Source: Paenibacillus foliorum (lineage in GTDB: Bacteria; Bacillota; Bacilli; Paenibacillales; NBRC-103111). Taken from it: a DNA stretch of 64,000 nucleotides. This document shows, in pieces, positions 18,744-29,125 of the stretch (position 1 is the stretch's first letter; every line of letters starts with the position of its first letter). The stretch is from positions 18,696-82,695 of the forward strand of contig NZ_WHOD01000062.1 in assembly GCF_013141765.1 (NCBI RefSeq), in the 5' to 3' direction. The notes beneath the pieces are model-generated. The model saw nothing but the letters and a program-made list of their open reading frames with translations. It did no database searches and was not told the origin of the DNA. The translations under genes and the position numbers were made by a program.

Positions 18744-19748
18744 ATGAGAGCTCAAATGGGGCTTTTTGAACAACCTCTAAAGGACGTGACTAGATTGGAA
18801 AATGATAATCAACTGCCAGCATTTATATATACTTATGCGTGTCGTGAGGACGAGCTCTCCTTATGTCAATTAGAAACCCGCTCTTTTTTTGGAAAGCAAG
18901 CTCAAGCTAACATCTTAAAAAGCACCATCCAGATAGAGCCTGATCGCAGTCCATTTATTAAAGAACGGATCGAAGTCTTATATCACGGAGACAGTCTGCC
19001 ACATATTTTGGAACAAGTATCGCATATACAGATGTTTGAAGCAACGTTTAAAGTCATTTTCGTTAAAATTAATGATTTGGAGCCTGCTGATAAAATAGAG
19101 TACGATGAGCGGCGTGCGATTGAGCGGGAAATTGGCATGCACATTGAAGGGGAAGCCGATATCCATAAACCGGACCATGTGTTTGGCATAATCGCCTTGG
19201 GTGGGCGATGGTATTTCGGTAACTATATGAGAAATAAGGCCGTATGGCTTCATCACATGAAAAAGCCCCGCAATTATTCCATTGCCCTTAGTACCCGTGT
19301 AGCCAGAGCCGCTGCCAATATTGCCGTGCCTGATCCATTAGGAGTCAAAGCGATTGACCCCTGCTGCGGGATAGGAACTGTGCTGGTAGAAGCACTCTCC
19401 ATGGGGATCGACATCGTTGGTCGCGATATCAACCCTTTTATTGCCCGCGGGGCACGGGAGAACATCGCTCACTTTGGATTTGAAGGCAATGTTACTTTGG
19501 GAGACATCTCGGATATCACAGCAAGCTACGATGTAGCGATTATTGATATGCCCTACAATCTATTTTCTACGACCACACCCGAGGAGCAATTCTCAATTCT
19601 CCAGCATGCTCGCCGCATTGCAAGCAAGGTAATCGTTATTACGATTGAATCGATTGATGAAATGATTGCAAATGCCGGACTTACAATTGCAGACCGCGGT
19701 GTTGCCAAGAAGGGGTTATTCTCCCGGCAAATTCTCGTTTGTACATGA
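18744..19748 (+). CDS. Class I SAM-dependent methyltransferase, UPF0020/RlmL/Trm11-like (probable RNA N2-G or N6-A methylase)
   Basis: Motif I DPCCGIGTVLVEA, motif IV DMPYN (a D/N-PP-Y variant), and an extra ~160-aa N-terminal domain. Confidence 0.6.
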   Translation: MRAQMGLFEQPLKDVTRLENDNQLPAFIYTYACREDELSLCQLETRSFFGKQAQANILKSTIQIEPDRSPFIKERIEVLYHGDSLPHILEQVSHIQMFEATFKVIFVKINDLEPADKIEYDERRAIEREIGMHIEGEADIHKPDHVFGIIALGGRWYFGNYMRNKAVWLHHMKKPRNYSIALSTRVARAAANIAVPDPLGVKAIDPCCGIGTVLVEALSMGIDIVGRDINPFIARGARENIAHFGFEGNVTLGDISDITASYDVAIIDMPYNLFSTTTPEEQFSILQHARRIASKVIVITIESIDEMIANAGLTIADRGVAKKGLFSRQILVCT

Positions 19749-19782
19749 TGACGAAATCTAACCATAAGAGGGCTAGGCGATT

Positions 19783-20568
19783 ATGAACTTTCAACAACTC
19801 ATTACGATGATTCCGGTCTTGGAGCAGGTTGATTCCAGCTGTATGTCTCAAACCATCGACTGCTCCGCTGGCAGCCATGTCTTGATTGTTGTCCTTCGCG
19901 GGCATATTACCATTTCGACGAAAGAACAAGCATCACATGTTATTACTCAGGGCTTTGCCTGTCACCCACAGTACGGCCCCTTCTACATACAGATACCCAA
20001 AACGAAAGAAGCCGAATATGTCGTCATCTCCTACCGCATGCTCCCCGAGAACAACAGCTGGACGCTGAATGGCCCTCTCCGTACGCTCAGTGAAGTGAAA
20101 ATTAAATACATGCTGGACGAGCTCATCCGCACTATCCACGAAATCCATACCCATTCGCCTGAGGAAGAAGCTGCCCAGCAATTCAGAAAACGTCTATTAA
20201 TGGAAAGAATCCTGTTCATTTATATATATGAAACTAACATGAGGCAAGAGGATAAATCCTCTGCCATCTCCATGGAAGAGTCCCTCTCTTATATAAATGA
20301 ACATTATATGCTTAAACTCACTCTCCCTATGCTCGCCGAACGGGCTGGAATGAGTATCGGACACTACACAGTTCTGTTCAAAAGCCATGCCGGCAAAACC
20401 ATGACCGGTTATTTGCGCAGCCTTCGGATCGATAAAGCCAAGGAGATGTTTCTGCAAACTCAATTGCCTGCCAAAGAAATTGCTCAAAGAGTCGGATTCG
20501 TGGATTATTTTCATTTTAGCCGGATATTTAAACAGGAGGTTGGCTATTCGAGCGGGAGGTACCTGTAG
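19783..20568 (+). CDS. AraC/XylS family transcriptional regulator
   Basis: C-terminal double HTH (LAERAGMSIGHYTVLFKS ... EIAQRVGFVDYFHFSRIFKQEVGYS); the N-terminal ligand domain is cupin-like. Confidence 0.8.
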   Translation: MNFQQLITMIPVLEQVDSSCMSQTIDCSAGSHVLIVVLRGHITISTKEQASHVITQGFACHPQYGPFYIQIPKTKEAEYVVISYRMLPENNSWTLNGPLRTLSEVKIKYMLDELIRTIHEIHTHSPEEEAAQQFRKRLLMERILFIYIYETNMRQEDKSSAISMEESLSYINEHYMLKLTLPMLAERAGMSIGHYTVLFKSHAGKTMTGYLRSLRIDKAKEMFLQTQLPAKEIAQRVGFVDYFHFSRIFKQEVGYSSGRYL

Positions 20569-20736
20569 GCATCATGACCGCTATCATAGGCGCTCCTTAT
20601 TTCGTCTGTTTACTACGCAAGGAGCATGCCCGTAAAATGCGATAATTCTTGATATAGGTTAAAAGCCTGTCAAATCAGAGCACAGATTAACAGGCTTTCC
20701 AGATAAGAAAGTGATAAGATCATCTTATTAAAGGAG

Positions 20737-21606
20737 GTGACGAGCTTGGAATGGCTTTTGAGGATGAAGGATGCTCTTGAACTGATCGAGCGGAATATGG
20801 AAGAACAGCTAGGTATCGAAGAAATTGCCAAAGCAGCTTATTCCTCCCCGTTTCATTTTCAACGGATGTTTCATATGTTAACTGGGATCACAGTAGCCGA
20901 GTATATCCGAAAACGCAAATTAACACTGGCCGCTCAAGAATTGGCCATATCTTCAACAAAAGTTCTCGATGTAGCGCTTAAATATGGCTATGACTCACCT
21001 GAATCCTTCTCCAAAGCCTTCCGTAAGGCGCATGGGATTACACCTTCGGCTGCGCGCGAGCCGGGGGTTAGGCTCAAAGCCTTCCCTCGCATCTCCTTCC
21101 ATCTATCACTGAAGGGAGATAAGGAAATGGATTACACAATCATAGACAGAGCCTCTTTCACAGTTATCGGAAAGTCTATTCAAGTATCTACCAAGGACGG
21201 AGAAAATCTTCGGAGAATTCCAAAGTTTTGGCAAGAGTGCTTTGAAGATGGAACCAGCGTTAAGCTAAGCTCTATTGGGATTAACGAAAATCTGCTGGGA
21301 ATCTGCCTAGATATGGAGCATGACAAAGAGCAATTTAGCTATATCATTGCAGTAGAGGGAAAAGCCGGGATTGAGGCTGACGAATTCACAACGAGGCACA
21401 TTCCTGCTGCCACTTGGGCGGTATTTACATCTGTTGGAGCGCTGCCTGGGGCTATTCAGAAGGTATGGGGGAAAGTTTTTCAAGAATGGTTCCCAGCAAC
21501 AGGTTATGAACACGCAGGGGGACCGGAGCTGGAGGTATATCCGGCAGGAGATACAACTGCAGAGGATTACCAGTGTGAAGTATGGGTACCCATTGTCAAA
21601 AAGTAA
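20737..21606 (+). CDS. AraC-family regulator with GyrI-like effector-binding domain
   Basis: N-terminal AraC HTH (IAKAAYSSPFHFQRMFHMLTGITVAEYIRKRK...YGYDSPESFSKAFRKAHGITP) followed by a GyrI/SbmC-like small-molecule binding domain. Confidence 0.8.
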   Translation: MTSLEWLLRMKDALELIERNMEEQLGIEEIAKAAYSSPFHFQRMFHMLTGITVAEYIRKRKLTLAAQELAISSTKVLDVALKYGYDSPESFSKAFRKAHGITPSAAREPGVRLKAFPRISFHLSLKGDKEMDYTIIDRASFTVIGKSIQVSTKDGENLRRIPKFWQECFEDGTSVKLSSIGINENLLGICLDMEHDKEQFSYIIAVEGKAGIEADEFTTRHIPAATWAVFTSVGALPGAIQKVWGKVFQEWFPATGYEHAGGPELEVYPAGDTTAEDYQCEVWVPIVKK

Positions 21607-21691
21607 AAGATCAAGGGCCGGCTGCTGAAGTCGGTCTTTTTTATAGTTTACGTGTGTTAAAAAATAATTTTCAAGAATAGCCACCTGCTCA

Positions 21692-21720
21692 TTTACAAAC
21701 CGATGGTCGGTTTATATAAT
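21692..21720 (+). promoter_or_regulatory. SigA-type promoter of the TetR gene with an embedded TetR-type operator
   Basis: -35 TTTACA (21692-21697), 17-nt spacer, -10 TATAAT (21715-21720). The spacer is the palindrome AAACCGA-TGG-TCGGTTT (21697-21713). Confidence 0.5.
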
Positions 21721-21778
21721 TAAAAATACAAATACTGAAAACATCCAAATAAAAGCAGTACGAAAGAGGCTACCCCTT

Positions 21779-22390
21779 ATGAAACGAGAACTGAAACGAG
21801 AGCAGACAACCAAGCTTTTGCTGGATACAACCCAAGCGTTAATTAGTGAGAAAGGATGCAGTAAAACAACCTTGAGTGACATTATGGAACGTTCAGGGCT
21901 ATCGAAAGGGGCGATATTCCATTATGTTCAGGGAAAGGATGAGCTGCTGGCGCTAGTTCTAGAGGCGAGGCTTGAGGCGATCAGTGCTCGGTTTTTCGAT
22001 GCTGTGCATCAAGAAGACACCCCTCAATTCAAAGCGCCGATGCAAGAGATTACAAACAGCCTATCCATACTGAGTGATCCAAGCGACGTCACCAATCAAA
22101 TCCTGATGTACTTGCTCAGTAAAAGCGATCAACCGGCTGTCAGCGAGGTGATTCAACGATTCTACGAGCAGGCGGTTAGTGCTTCGAAGCAATGGATACT
22201 GGCAGGACAGCAGCATAACGTGATACCTGCAGCAGTAAATGCCGATAAAACAGCCGAATTATTTGTTCTGCTCTCTTATGGGTTTCGCATGCGTGCAGCT
22301 ACCGCCCCCCAAGCTATCTCGTTTGGCATTTCCGACTTCTCCGAATTAATAATCAACATTTTACAGCCTAACTCTAACTCTAAATTCTAA
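21779..22390 (+). CDS. TetR/AcrR family transcriptional regulator
   Basis: N-terminal TetR HTH (TTLSDIMERSGLSKGAIFHYVQGKDEL); 203 aa. Confidence 0.85.
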   Translation: MKRELKREQTTKLLLDTTQALISEKGCSKTTLSDIMERSGLSKGAIFHYVQGKDELLALVLEARLEAISARFFDAVHQEDTPQFKAPMQEITNSLSILSDPSDVTNQILMYLLSKSDQPAVSEVIQRFYEQAVSASKQWILAGQQHNVIPAAVNADKTAELFVLLSYGFRMRAATAPQAISFGISDFSELIINILQPNSNSKF

Positions 22391-22407
22391 AGAAAGTAGG
22401 GATTAAA

Positions 22408-22869
22408 ATGAAGTTCCTGTTATTCTTGCATGTGTTGGGGGCCATCCTTCTAGTTGGCAATATTTTCACAGCTGCTTTTTGGAAAGTAAAGGCTGATATA
22501 AAAGGGGACTTGGCTGCCATTCACAGTGCTACGAAAAACGTGATGCTGGCCGACTATATTTTCACAATCCCTGGATTGATATTAATTATAGTTACCGGTA
22601 GTCTAATGGCGCTTAAAGCCGGATACTCGATGTCAGGCTTCAATTGGCTCACGCTCTCTTTAACCTTATTTTCCTTGACCGGCCTAATCTGGTTGGCCCT
22701 GCTGCTGCCTTTGCAGCGAAGCATGATTCGTCATAGCGCTCAATCTCTGGAAGCCGGCACTCTCTCAAAGGCATATCGAAAGGCTAGTCTATACTGGGCG
22801 ATCTTCGGAACGATTGGAACGTTAATTCCGGTTGTGGTCTTGTACCTCATGATTTCTAAACCCATGTAA
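22408..22869 (+). CDS. DUF2269-family integral membrane protein
   Basis: Four TM helices, 153 aa, translationally coupled to the TetR gene (likely its regulated partner). Confidence 0.6.
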   Translation: MKFLLFLHVLGAILLVGNIFTAAFWKVKADIKGDLAAIHSATKNVMLADYIFTIPGLILIIVTGSLMALKAGYSMSGFNWLTLSLTLFSLTGLIWLALLLPLQRSMIRHSAQSLEAGTLSKAYRKASLYWAIFGTIGTLIPVVVLYLMISKPM

Positions 22870-22935
22870 CTAGAGAGGGATTGGTAGGGCTCCATTTGTG
22901 GTGCTTGTCACATCCTTAGCAGCTGTTCTTAAACG

Positions 22936-22968
22936 TGAAAAGGGTACCTCGCTAAAGGTACCCTGGCA
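22936..22968 (-). terminator. Intrinsic terminator of the dbpA gene
   Basis: AGGGTACC-TCGCTAA-AGGTACCCT hairpin followed by TTTTCAC on the minus strand. Confidence 0.55.
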
Positions 22969-22972
22969 TTCC

Positions 22973-24424
22973 CTAGCCTTGTGCGTTAGCCTCATAAACC
23001 TTTAGCAGCTTGCCCTTAATGGTCGTATTCTTCATAACCTGCAAGACAAGAGGACCTTTGCCGTTCAATATATCCACATAGGTAACATTGTCCTGTATCG
23101 TAATAATGCCAATATCATCCGCAGTTATGCCTTCGATTTTGGCGATGGTACCCACGAAATCTACAGCCCTGAGCTTCTTTTTCTTGCCGCCATTAAAATA
23201 CAGCTTCAAGATTCCTTTATTTAATTGCTCACTTTTATCCTTCTTGATAACGGGCTGAGCGCTTATTCTCACTTCAAAGGCGGTCTTAGCACCTGCAACT
23301 TCTTCCTTGGAGGGAGCTTCTCTTCTAGTAATTTCGAACCCCAGATAGCTCTCAATATTGGCTAAAAATCTATCCTCGTTAGGTGTAACGAAGCTGATCG
23401 CTTTTCCTGTCTTGCCAGCACGTCCGGTTCTCCCGATTCGATGCACATAGCTTTCTTTTTCAACAGGAAGGTCGTAGTTAATTACATGGGTGATATTACT
23501 AATATCGATGCCTCTGGCAGCTACATCCGTTGCTATCAAATAGCGGAATTTCCCTCTTCTAAACTCATTCATGACACTAAAACGATCGTCCTGCTCCATA
23601 CCGCCGTGGATTTTGTCACATGGATAGTCCTGTTCCATTAACTGCTTGCATACCTTCTCCACCTGTTCTTGGGTGCGGCAGAAAATAATACAGCTATCGG
23701 GATTCTCGACAACAGTTATGTCCTTAAGTAGACTGAATTTAGAAGCTTCTTTCACTACAAATAGGGAATGCTCAATCTGTGCCGTCGTTTTCTCCGCTGT
23801 GTGGATTTCGATATCCAATGGGTTGTTCATATATTGATGACAGAGCTTCTCTACATCCTTCGGTAAAGTAGCGGAGAACAGCAGCGTCATTCTGTCTTCA
23901 GGCAGCTCCTCGATAATCGCCCCCACTTGTTCGATAAATCCCATATTAAGCATTTCATCGGCTTCATCAATCACAAGGTATTCCACTCGCTCCAGGTCGA
24001 GCGTTCCTCTTTGAATATGATCCCATACACGTCCCGGTGTACCGACAACAACATGGCATTTTTGATTCAACTCTTCTTTTTGCTTAGCAAAAGGCTGCTT
24101 TCCATAAACAGCGGTTGCTTTGATTCGTTTGAATCTTCCGATATTTTTGATATCATCCTTCACTTGATCCGCCAGCTCACGCGTTGGTGTTAATATTAAG
24201 GCTTGCGGCTTATTCTCTTCCCAATCGACCATCTCACAAATTGGAATCCCGAAGGCCGCCGTTTTGCCGCTTCCCGTCTGTGACTTTACTGTGAGATCTT
24301 TCCTCTCCAGCGCAATGGGTATGACTTCACTTTGAACATCCGTTGGCTGCTCGTAGCCCAAGCTTTCCAACGCCCTGAGTATATCTTCACTTAACTTATA
24401 ATCTTTAAAGCTCTTGCTGCTCAT
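22973..24424 (-). CDS. dbpA: DEAD-box ATP-dependent RNA helicase with DbpA-type C-terminal RNA-binding domain
   Basis: Q-motif, motif [26 protein letters not shown], and a C-terminal DbpA/YxiN RBD ([28 protein letters not shown]). Start moved to ATG 24424, which has an AAAAGGGG RBS. Confidence 0.85.
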   Translation of the reverse strand: MSSKSFKDYKLSEDILRALESLGYEQPTDVQSEVIPIALERKDLTVKSQTGSGKTAAFGIPICEMVDWEENKPQALILTPTRELADQVKDDIKNIGRFKRIKATAVYGKQPFAKQKEELNQKCHVVVGTPGRVWDHIQRGTLDLERVEYLVIDEADEMLNMGFIEQVGAIIEELPEDRMTLLFSATLPKDVEKLCHQYMNNPLDIEIHTAEKTTAQIEHSLFVVKEASKFSLLKDITVVENPDSCIIFCRTQEQVEKVCKQLMEQDYPCDKIHGGMEQDDRFSVMNEFRRGKFRYLIATDVAARGIDISNITHVINYDLPVEKESYVHRIGRTGRAGKTGKAISFVTPNEDRFLANIESYLGFEITRREAPSKEEVAGAKTAFEVRISAQPVIKKDKSEQLNKGILKLYFNGGKKKKLRAVDFVGTIAKIEGITADDIGIITIQDNVTYVDILNGKGPLVLQVMKNTTIKGKLLKVYEANAQG

Positions 24425-24542
24425 ATTAGAACCCCTTTTAGTGTGTATACCTTTAATTCTAACATACTTCGGCATCCCTCACAGACCTTCATGCTTCGGA
24501 GTTCGCATTCCCCAGCATTTACAGTAGGAAGGCCGATTATTG

Positions 24543-25553
24543 TTACAGAATCTTGCGCGGCTCCATGCCTGTTTGCCAGAACCATATGCCGCCATCTCTA
24601 GTTTTAACAAGCGTCACATCTTTTCCCGCAGCAGCAGCCACTACCTGATCCATCACTTGATGGGGCTTTGTGCCTTCGTTTGCCCCCCATATCCACAAGG
24701 TACCCTCTTCTTTTATGGCAACAGAGTGAGAAGAGCCTGTAGCAATATGCGAGGCACCCGTAAATATTACGCCCCATGTTATTGCCTTATCCCCCAGTCC
24801 ATGCGTACTGAGAGGACCATAGATGTTTCCGCCAGTCCCAAGCACATCCCCATTTGTTTGGAGTAAAATGACATGCCCAGTATGTCCTTTGACTTGAGTG
24901 GCATCGCTCGCTACCTTGATAAAATCCTTCGTGCTTTCCAATCGGCCGTCTCCATATTGCCCTCGATGAGCGAGCCCTCTGGCGAACACTTCTCTTTGCT
25001 TGGTGATGTAGTAATCGGTTCCGTCGCCAATGCTTGAAAACACAACGTCCTTGGCTATTTCCACCCCTGTTTGGTCTGGAGAGTCGTACCTCCATAAAGC
25101 TCCATCGTTTTTTATGGCAAAAACTCCGGTACGACCGGCAGAAAAGCTCGCAATGTCTTTAGCCAAATAAACAACAGCTTTGGGATCTTCGGTCCATGCA
25201 ATCAATTGTCCGTCTCTTAACAGAGCATAGCTCGTCGTATCGCCAACTCCGATTTGAATGGCATCATCCATCATGATCTGAGGCTGGTCATTGTCCGTCC
25301 AACCGTAAACGGCTCCATCCTTAATGGCCAGATGACGATTATAATACGATGCTACCTCACCCGCTGTGCCTAGGGGCTTAAGCGGAAGAGTATCATTAGC
25401 TTCTGTTAACTCGACAGGAGGAGCAGAGGGGCTAGGATTCGAAGATTGTACAGGCTGTTCGGTCGCCCCCTTAGGTGCGGTTTGATTCGAACATCCGGAT
25501 AGTGACAGCATTACTGAAATGAATACTATTCCAATGATTTGCACATGTTTCAA
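24543..25553 (-). CDS. Lipoprotein with RCC1-like beta-propeller repeats
   Basis: Lipobox LSGC; repeated G-x-x-H-x-x-A-(I/L)-K-x-D/E-G-x-L-W-x-W/G blades (e.g. HSVAIKEEGTLWIWGANEG). Confidence 0.6.
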   Translation of the reverse strand: MKHVQIIGIVFISVMLSLSGCSNQTAPKGATEQPVQSSNPSPSAPPVELTEANDTLPLKPLGTAGEVASYYNRHLAIKDGAVYGWTDNDQPQIMMDDAIQIGVGDTTSYALLRDGQLIAWTEDPKAVVYLAKDIASFSAGRTGVFAIKNDGALWRYDSPDQTGVEIAKDVVFSSIGDGTDYYITKQREVFARGLAHRGQYGDGRLESTKDFIKVASDATQVKGHTGHVILLQTNGDVLGTGGNIYGPLSTHGLGDKAITWGVIFTGASHIATGSSHSVAIKEEGTLWIWGANEGTKPHQVMDQVVAAAAGKDVTLVKTRDGGIWFWQTGMEPRKIL

Positions 25554-25562
25554 CCCTTCTCA

Positions 25563-26522
25563 TCATTTATGATTCATATCGTCACTATGGCTTGAAACAC
25601 GCTCCACAAGACTTGCCATATACCTATCTATACGTTCCACCATCAGTGTATCCGTTAATCCTGTAACGCCAAGCGCCGTCCAGCCTTGATACACCGTGGG
25701 CGGCCCGAAGAGGATATCGACTAGCGATAAGATATCCCAATAGGGAGAATAGCTAAACTCTGTTCCCGCGTGACTCAGGTAAGCGGATAAAAACTGGTCT
25801 GCCGACTGCACACCTAACAGCATGGCCAGATTCAACCGGCAATGGCCTATATCAATACCGGCCGGGCCGCGGCAAGCATTCACCCAATCGACTACACCGC
25901 TAACGTAGTTCCCCGTCCACAATACATTGGTGGGGTGATAGTCCCGATGAATAAAGCACGGCTTGAATTTCGGCTTCGGCCCTCTAACGATGTCAAGGAC
26001 TCTGCTCCATAGTTCCGGGGAGCTCGACCACGATGGGATTTCCAAAGTGTCTATATCGTTGTAGGTGAAATAGGCCCACGGGAAGCTATCCGCTTCCACT
26101 GCGTGAATCTTCACAAGTGATTCTGCAAGTCCATTCAACCACAGGTCATAATTGGCTGGATTCAGAACTACGGAGCCCTCAAGTCGTGTCATGAGTACTG
26201 TCGGAACGCCACACTCCCTTCCCGATTCATTAAATGCAATGATCTGCGGGGCGCATAAGCCATTCCCATATGCCCAACGAAGACTCTCCGCCTCATGAAG
26301 GGCCAAGTCAGGTTCATCTTTCAGCCATTCCTCATTATCGAATTGCCTTACCACAAATTCTCTGACTTCTCCATGGGTTCGCAGAGACACGCTGTGAATG
26401 ATGGACGATATTCCTCCTTGCAGCCGACGAGTTGATTGGACAGCAGCTAGCGGGTCTACAGAGTTAACAACCCATTTCAGAACACGATCAGGGGGTGTAT
26501 GTTCAGATTGGGGGATCATCAT
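25563..26522 (-). CDS. Phosphotransferase enzyme family protein (APH-like small-molecule kinase)
   Basis: Catalytic loop HRDYHPTNVLW and DFG-like VVDWVNACRGPAGIDIGH; 319 aa. Confidence 0.75.
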   Translation of the reverse strand: MMIPQSEHTPPDRVLKWVVNSVDPLAAVQSTRRLQGGISSIIHSVSLRTHGEVREFVVRQFDNEEWLKDEPDLALHEAESLRWAYGNGLCAPQIIAFNESGRECGVPTVLMTRLEGSVVLNPANYDLWLNGLAESLVKIHAVEADSFPWAYFTYNDIDTLEIPSWSSSPELWSRVLDIVRGPKPKFKPCFIHRDYHPTNVLWTGNYVSGVVDWVNACRGPAGIDIGHCRLNLAMLLGVQSADQFLSAYLSHAGTEFSYSPYWDILSLVDILFGPPTVYQGWTALGVTGLTDTLMVERIDRYMASLVERVSSHSDDMNHK

Positions 26523-26767
26523 ATATATCCATCCTTTATCGATTTTCTATTTACTATTTTCTACTCTTATTCTATCATAATCAGGCCTATCCCCTTAGCG
26601 GAAATGATGGGATAAACTAATAAAACCCTCTCTTCCCTGTAATCCAAACAACAGAATCGACAGGTTACCTTCTGTGAACAATTGGCTCAAGTGCAACATA
26701 ATTGAAACCTGCCTCGTTAAAGATACTGACAACTCAAATACATTACACACAGAAGGGAACTACACTA

Positions 26768-27841
26768 ATGAAACCTCTAATGAAAAAAAGCTTAGCTGTT
26801 CTAACACTATCTACGATGATGACAACTGGAGCGGCTTATGCCTCAACTGATAATGTACAACCCATAAAGGCCTTAACACCAGTGACCATCCAAGCTGCTA
26901 TGTCAACCATTACTATTAATCTAAACGGCGAATCACTTACAGAAAACGGCTATCAATCACCTAATGCAGCTGAACCTATGCTGCCTCTCCGGGCTGTTGC
27001 AGAAAAACTAGGCTATACTCTAACCTGGAATCAAGAGACCCTATCCGTTGATTTGAACAAAGGCCCCCTTTTTACAACTGTTAAAACAGGCGAAGATCGC
27101 TATGGTATCAATAAAATGATTACAACTCTTGGTACAGCACCTGATCTGTCGGATAACAAAATGTATGTGCCTGCATCCTTTGTAAGCAAAGTATTGAATG
27201 AATCCGTGACCGTACAAGGAAATTCAGTTTCCATCACCTCTGTCACACTCACCGAGCAACAAAAAAAGGTTCAAGCGACTGGAGTCATTACGGCTATTAG
27301 AACTGAGGGAAAATACTCATCCGTTCAAATTCAAGGTATTGGGACGGAAGGGCTAGTGCTTAATGTAGGAGACGAAACCCTGTACCAAATGCTTGACGGT
27401 ACCAAGCTAAGCCTCTCTGATCTTCATGTTGGCTTGACTGTAGTAGCTGAGCACTCACTTGCTGCTACACTAAGCCTACCGCCTCAAACACCTACATCCA
27501 AAATTACGGTTCTGGATCCAGCGAGACAAGCAGATCTGTTAGGAACTGCGGGTCAAATTGAAGAGGTTCGCAGCAGTGAAGATGGGAAAACTAGTATCTT
27601 AATTAAAGGAACGAAACTAAGTGATTCGTCACAAAGCGAAATCGTTCTTCAATTAACAGACGAAACTTCAATAATTAATAAAAATGGGGAATCCGTTGAA
27701 AAAGCTCAACTCGTAAAGGGTGCCCAAGTAGTAGGCTTCTATGGGCCAGCAATGACTAGAAGCTTGCCTCCTATGGGTAAAGCTTGGAAGGTTGTTGTGG
27801 ATTTAAAAGAAGAACAAGCTGAGGCTGCTCCACAAATGTAG
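26768..27841 (+). CDS. Secreted protein with copper amine oxidase N-terminal (stalk-like) domain
   Basis: Signal peptide; Cu_amine_oxidN1-type segment PLRAVAEKLGYTLTWNQETLSVDL...MYVPASFVSKVL. Start placed at ATG 26768, which has an AGAAGGGA RBS. Confidence 0.7.
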   Translation: MKPLMKKSLAVLTLSTMMTTGAAYASTDNVQPIKALTPVTIQAAMSTITINLNGESLTENGYQSPNAAEPMLPLRAVAEKLGYTLTWNQETLSVDLNKGPLFTTVKTGEDRYGINKMITTLGTAPDLSDNKMYVPASFVSKVLNESVTVQGNSVSITSVTLTEQQKKVQATGVITAIRTEGKYSSVQIQGIGTEGLVLNVGDETLYQMLDGTKLSLSDLHVGLTVVAEHSLAATLSLPPQTPTSKITVLDPARQADLLGTAGQIEEVRSSEDGKTSILIKGTKLSDSSQSEIVLQLTDETSIINKNGESVEKAQLVKGAQVVGFYGPAMTRSLPPMGKAWKVVVDLKEEQAEAAPQM

Positions 27842-27859
27842 TAAATATAGTATTGCGAA

Positions 27860-27894
27860 CAGACCTTCCATCATGCGATGGAAGGTCTGTTTGA
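27860..27894 (+). terminator. Intrinsic terminator of the amine-oxidase-domain gene
   Basis: CAGACCTTCCATC-ATGC-GATGGAAGGTCTG followed by TTTG. Confidence 0.6.
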
Positions 27895-27908
27895 TGTATG
27901 ATGAAAAT

Positions 27909-27941
27909 AAAAAAAAGCAGGGACTAAACGCTCCCCTGCTC
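27909..27941 (-). terminator. Intrinsic terminator of rlmN
   Basis: GCAGGGGAGCG-TTTAGT-CCCTGC hairpin followed by TTTTTTTT on the minus strand; it overlaps the stop codon. Confidence 0.6.
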
Positions 27942-29003
27942 TTGCTTATTTTCTTTGATTTGTTTGCTTCTTAACTGACCGCAAGCAGCATCTATATCTG
28001 TCCCATGTTCAAGCCGAACACTACAGCTAATGCCTTGCTTCTTCAGCGTATCATAAAACGCTCGCACCGTTTCATGCTCACTTCTTTGATATTGATCGAG
28101 CTCATCCACTGGATTATACGGAATTAAATTAACATTTATCAGCTGCCGTTTATCTTGAATTAAGTTAGCGAGCTCCAGAGCATGCTCCCTGCGGTCATTC
28201 AAATCCTTAAGCAGAATATAGCTGAGCGTAATCCTCCGATTCGTCTTCTCCAAATAGTAATCGATAGCCTGCATTAGCTTCTCAATTGAATAAGCACGGT
28301 TTATTTTCATAATCTGTGTTCGAAGCTCGTTATTGGGCGCATGTAAGGAAACCGCCAAGTTAACGGGCATTTGAATATCGGCAAACTCCATAATTTTATC
28401 AGGAAGGCCACTGGTCGATACCGTGATATGCCTTGCGCCAATAGCTAGTCCTTTGTGATCTATAATAACCCTCAAAAAATCCACCGTATTTTTAAAATTA
28501 TCAAAGGGCTCGCCAATCCCCATCACTACAACGTGGCTTACCTTTTCATTTTGATTCGCTTGATCAAGATGAAGTTGGACCTTCATAATTTGTTCCACAA
28601 TCTCACCGCTAGATAGATCGCGGCTCTTGGTTAATAACCCGCTCGCACAAAAGCTGCATCCAATGTTACAGCCTACTTGGGTAGTTACACAAACCGACAA
28701 CCCATATTTATGTCTCATCAATACGGTTTCAATTAGATTACCATCCTTCAAATTAAACAAGAACTTAATCGTTCCATCTGCTGATTCCTGCTTCAAGTGT
28801 TCATTTAAGGTTTGAATGGCAAAATGATCGGCCAATAATTGAATACACTCTTTATTAACATCAATCATCTCTGAGAAATCCGTTACCCGTTTCCTATAAA
28901 GCCAATCCCAGACTTGTAAGGCTCGAAACTTTTTATGTCCATATTCCATAAGCCATGCTGTCAATTGATCCAGCGTCAGTCCATAAATGGAATCCTTATT
29001 CAT
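27924..29003 (-). CDS. rlmN: Radical-SAM 23S rRNA/tRNA A2503/A37 C2-methyltransferase RlmN
   Basis: Near-identical blocks to B. subtilis RlmN/YloN ([38 protein letters not shown]); CxxxCxxC radical-SAM cluster. Start placed at ATG 29003 (MNKDSIYGL), which has an AAGAGGG RBS. Confidence 0.85.
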   Translation of the reverse strand: MNKDSIYGLTLDQLTAWLMEYGHKKFRALQVWDWLYRKRVTDFSEMIDVNKECIQLLADHFAIQTLNEHLKQESADGTIKFLFNLKDGNLIETVLMRHKYGLSVCVTTQVGCNIGCSFCASGLLTKSRDLSSGEIVEQIMKVQLHLDQANQNEKVSHVVVMGIGEPFDNFKNTVDFLRVIIDHKGLAIGARHITVSTSGLPDKIMEFADIQMPVNLAVSLHAPNNELRTQIMKINRAYSIEKLMQAIDYYLEKTNRRITLSYILLKDLNDRREHALELANLIQDKRQLINVNLIPYNPVDELDQYQRSEHETVRAFYDTLKKQGISCSVRLEHGTDIDAACGQLRSKQIKENKQEQGSV

Positions 29004-29125
29004 TCGTAACCCTCTTTTCAAAAACTATAAATTCAGACCTGTTCTCTGTAACCAGCCGAAGCTAACATTCTGTTTATGATTGTCCCAAAATTCTTCTATT
29101 AAAGCAAGGGGACTTGTCGTCTTCA

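Noticed and set aside
27924-29003. Possible Cfr-like rRNA methyltransferase resistance gene.
   Set aside because: The sequence matches housekeeping RlmN (B. subtilis YloN) block for block, including the N-terminal region that differs in Cfr. It is kept as rlmN with a note about its unusual context.
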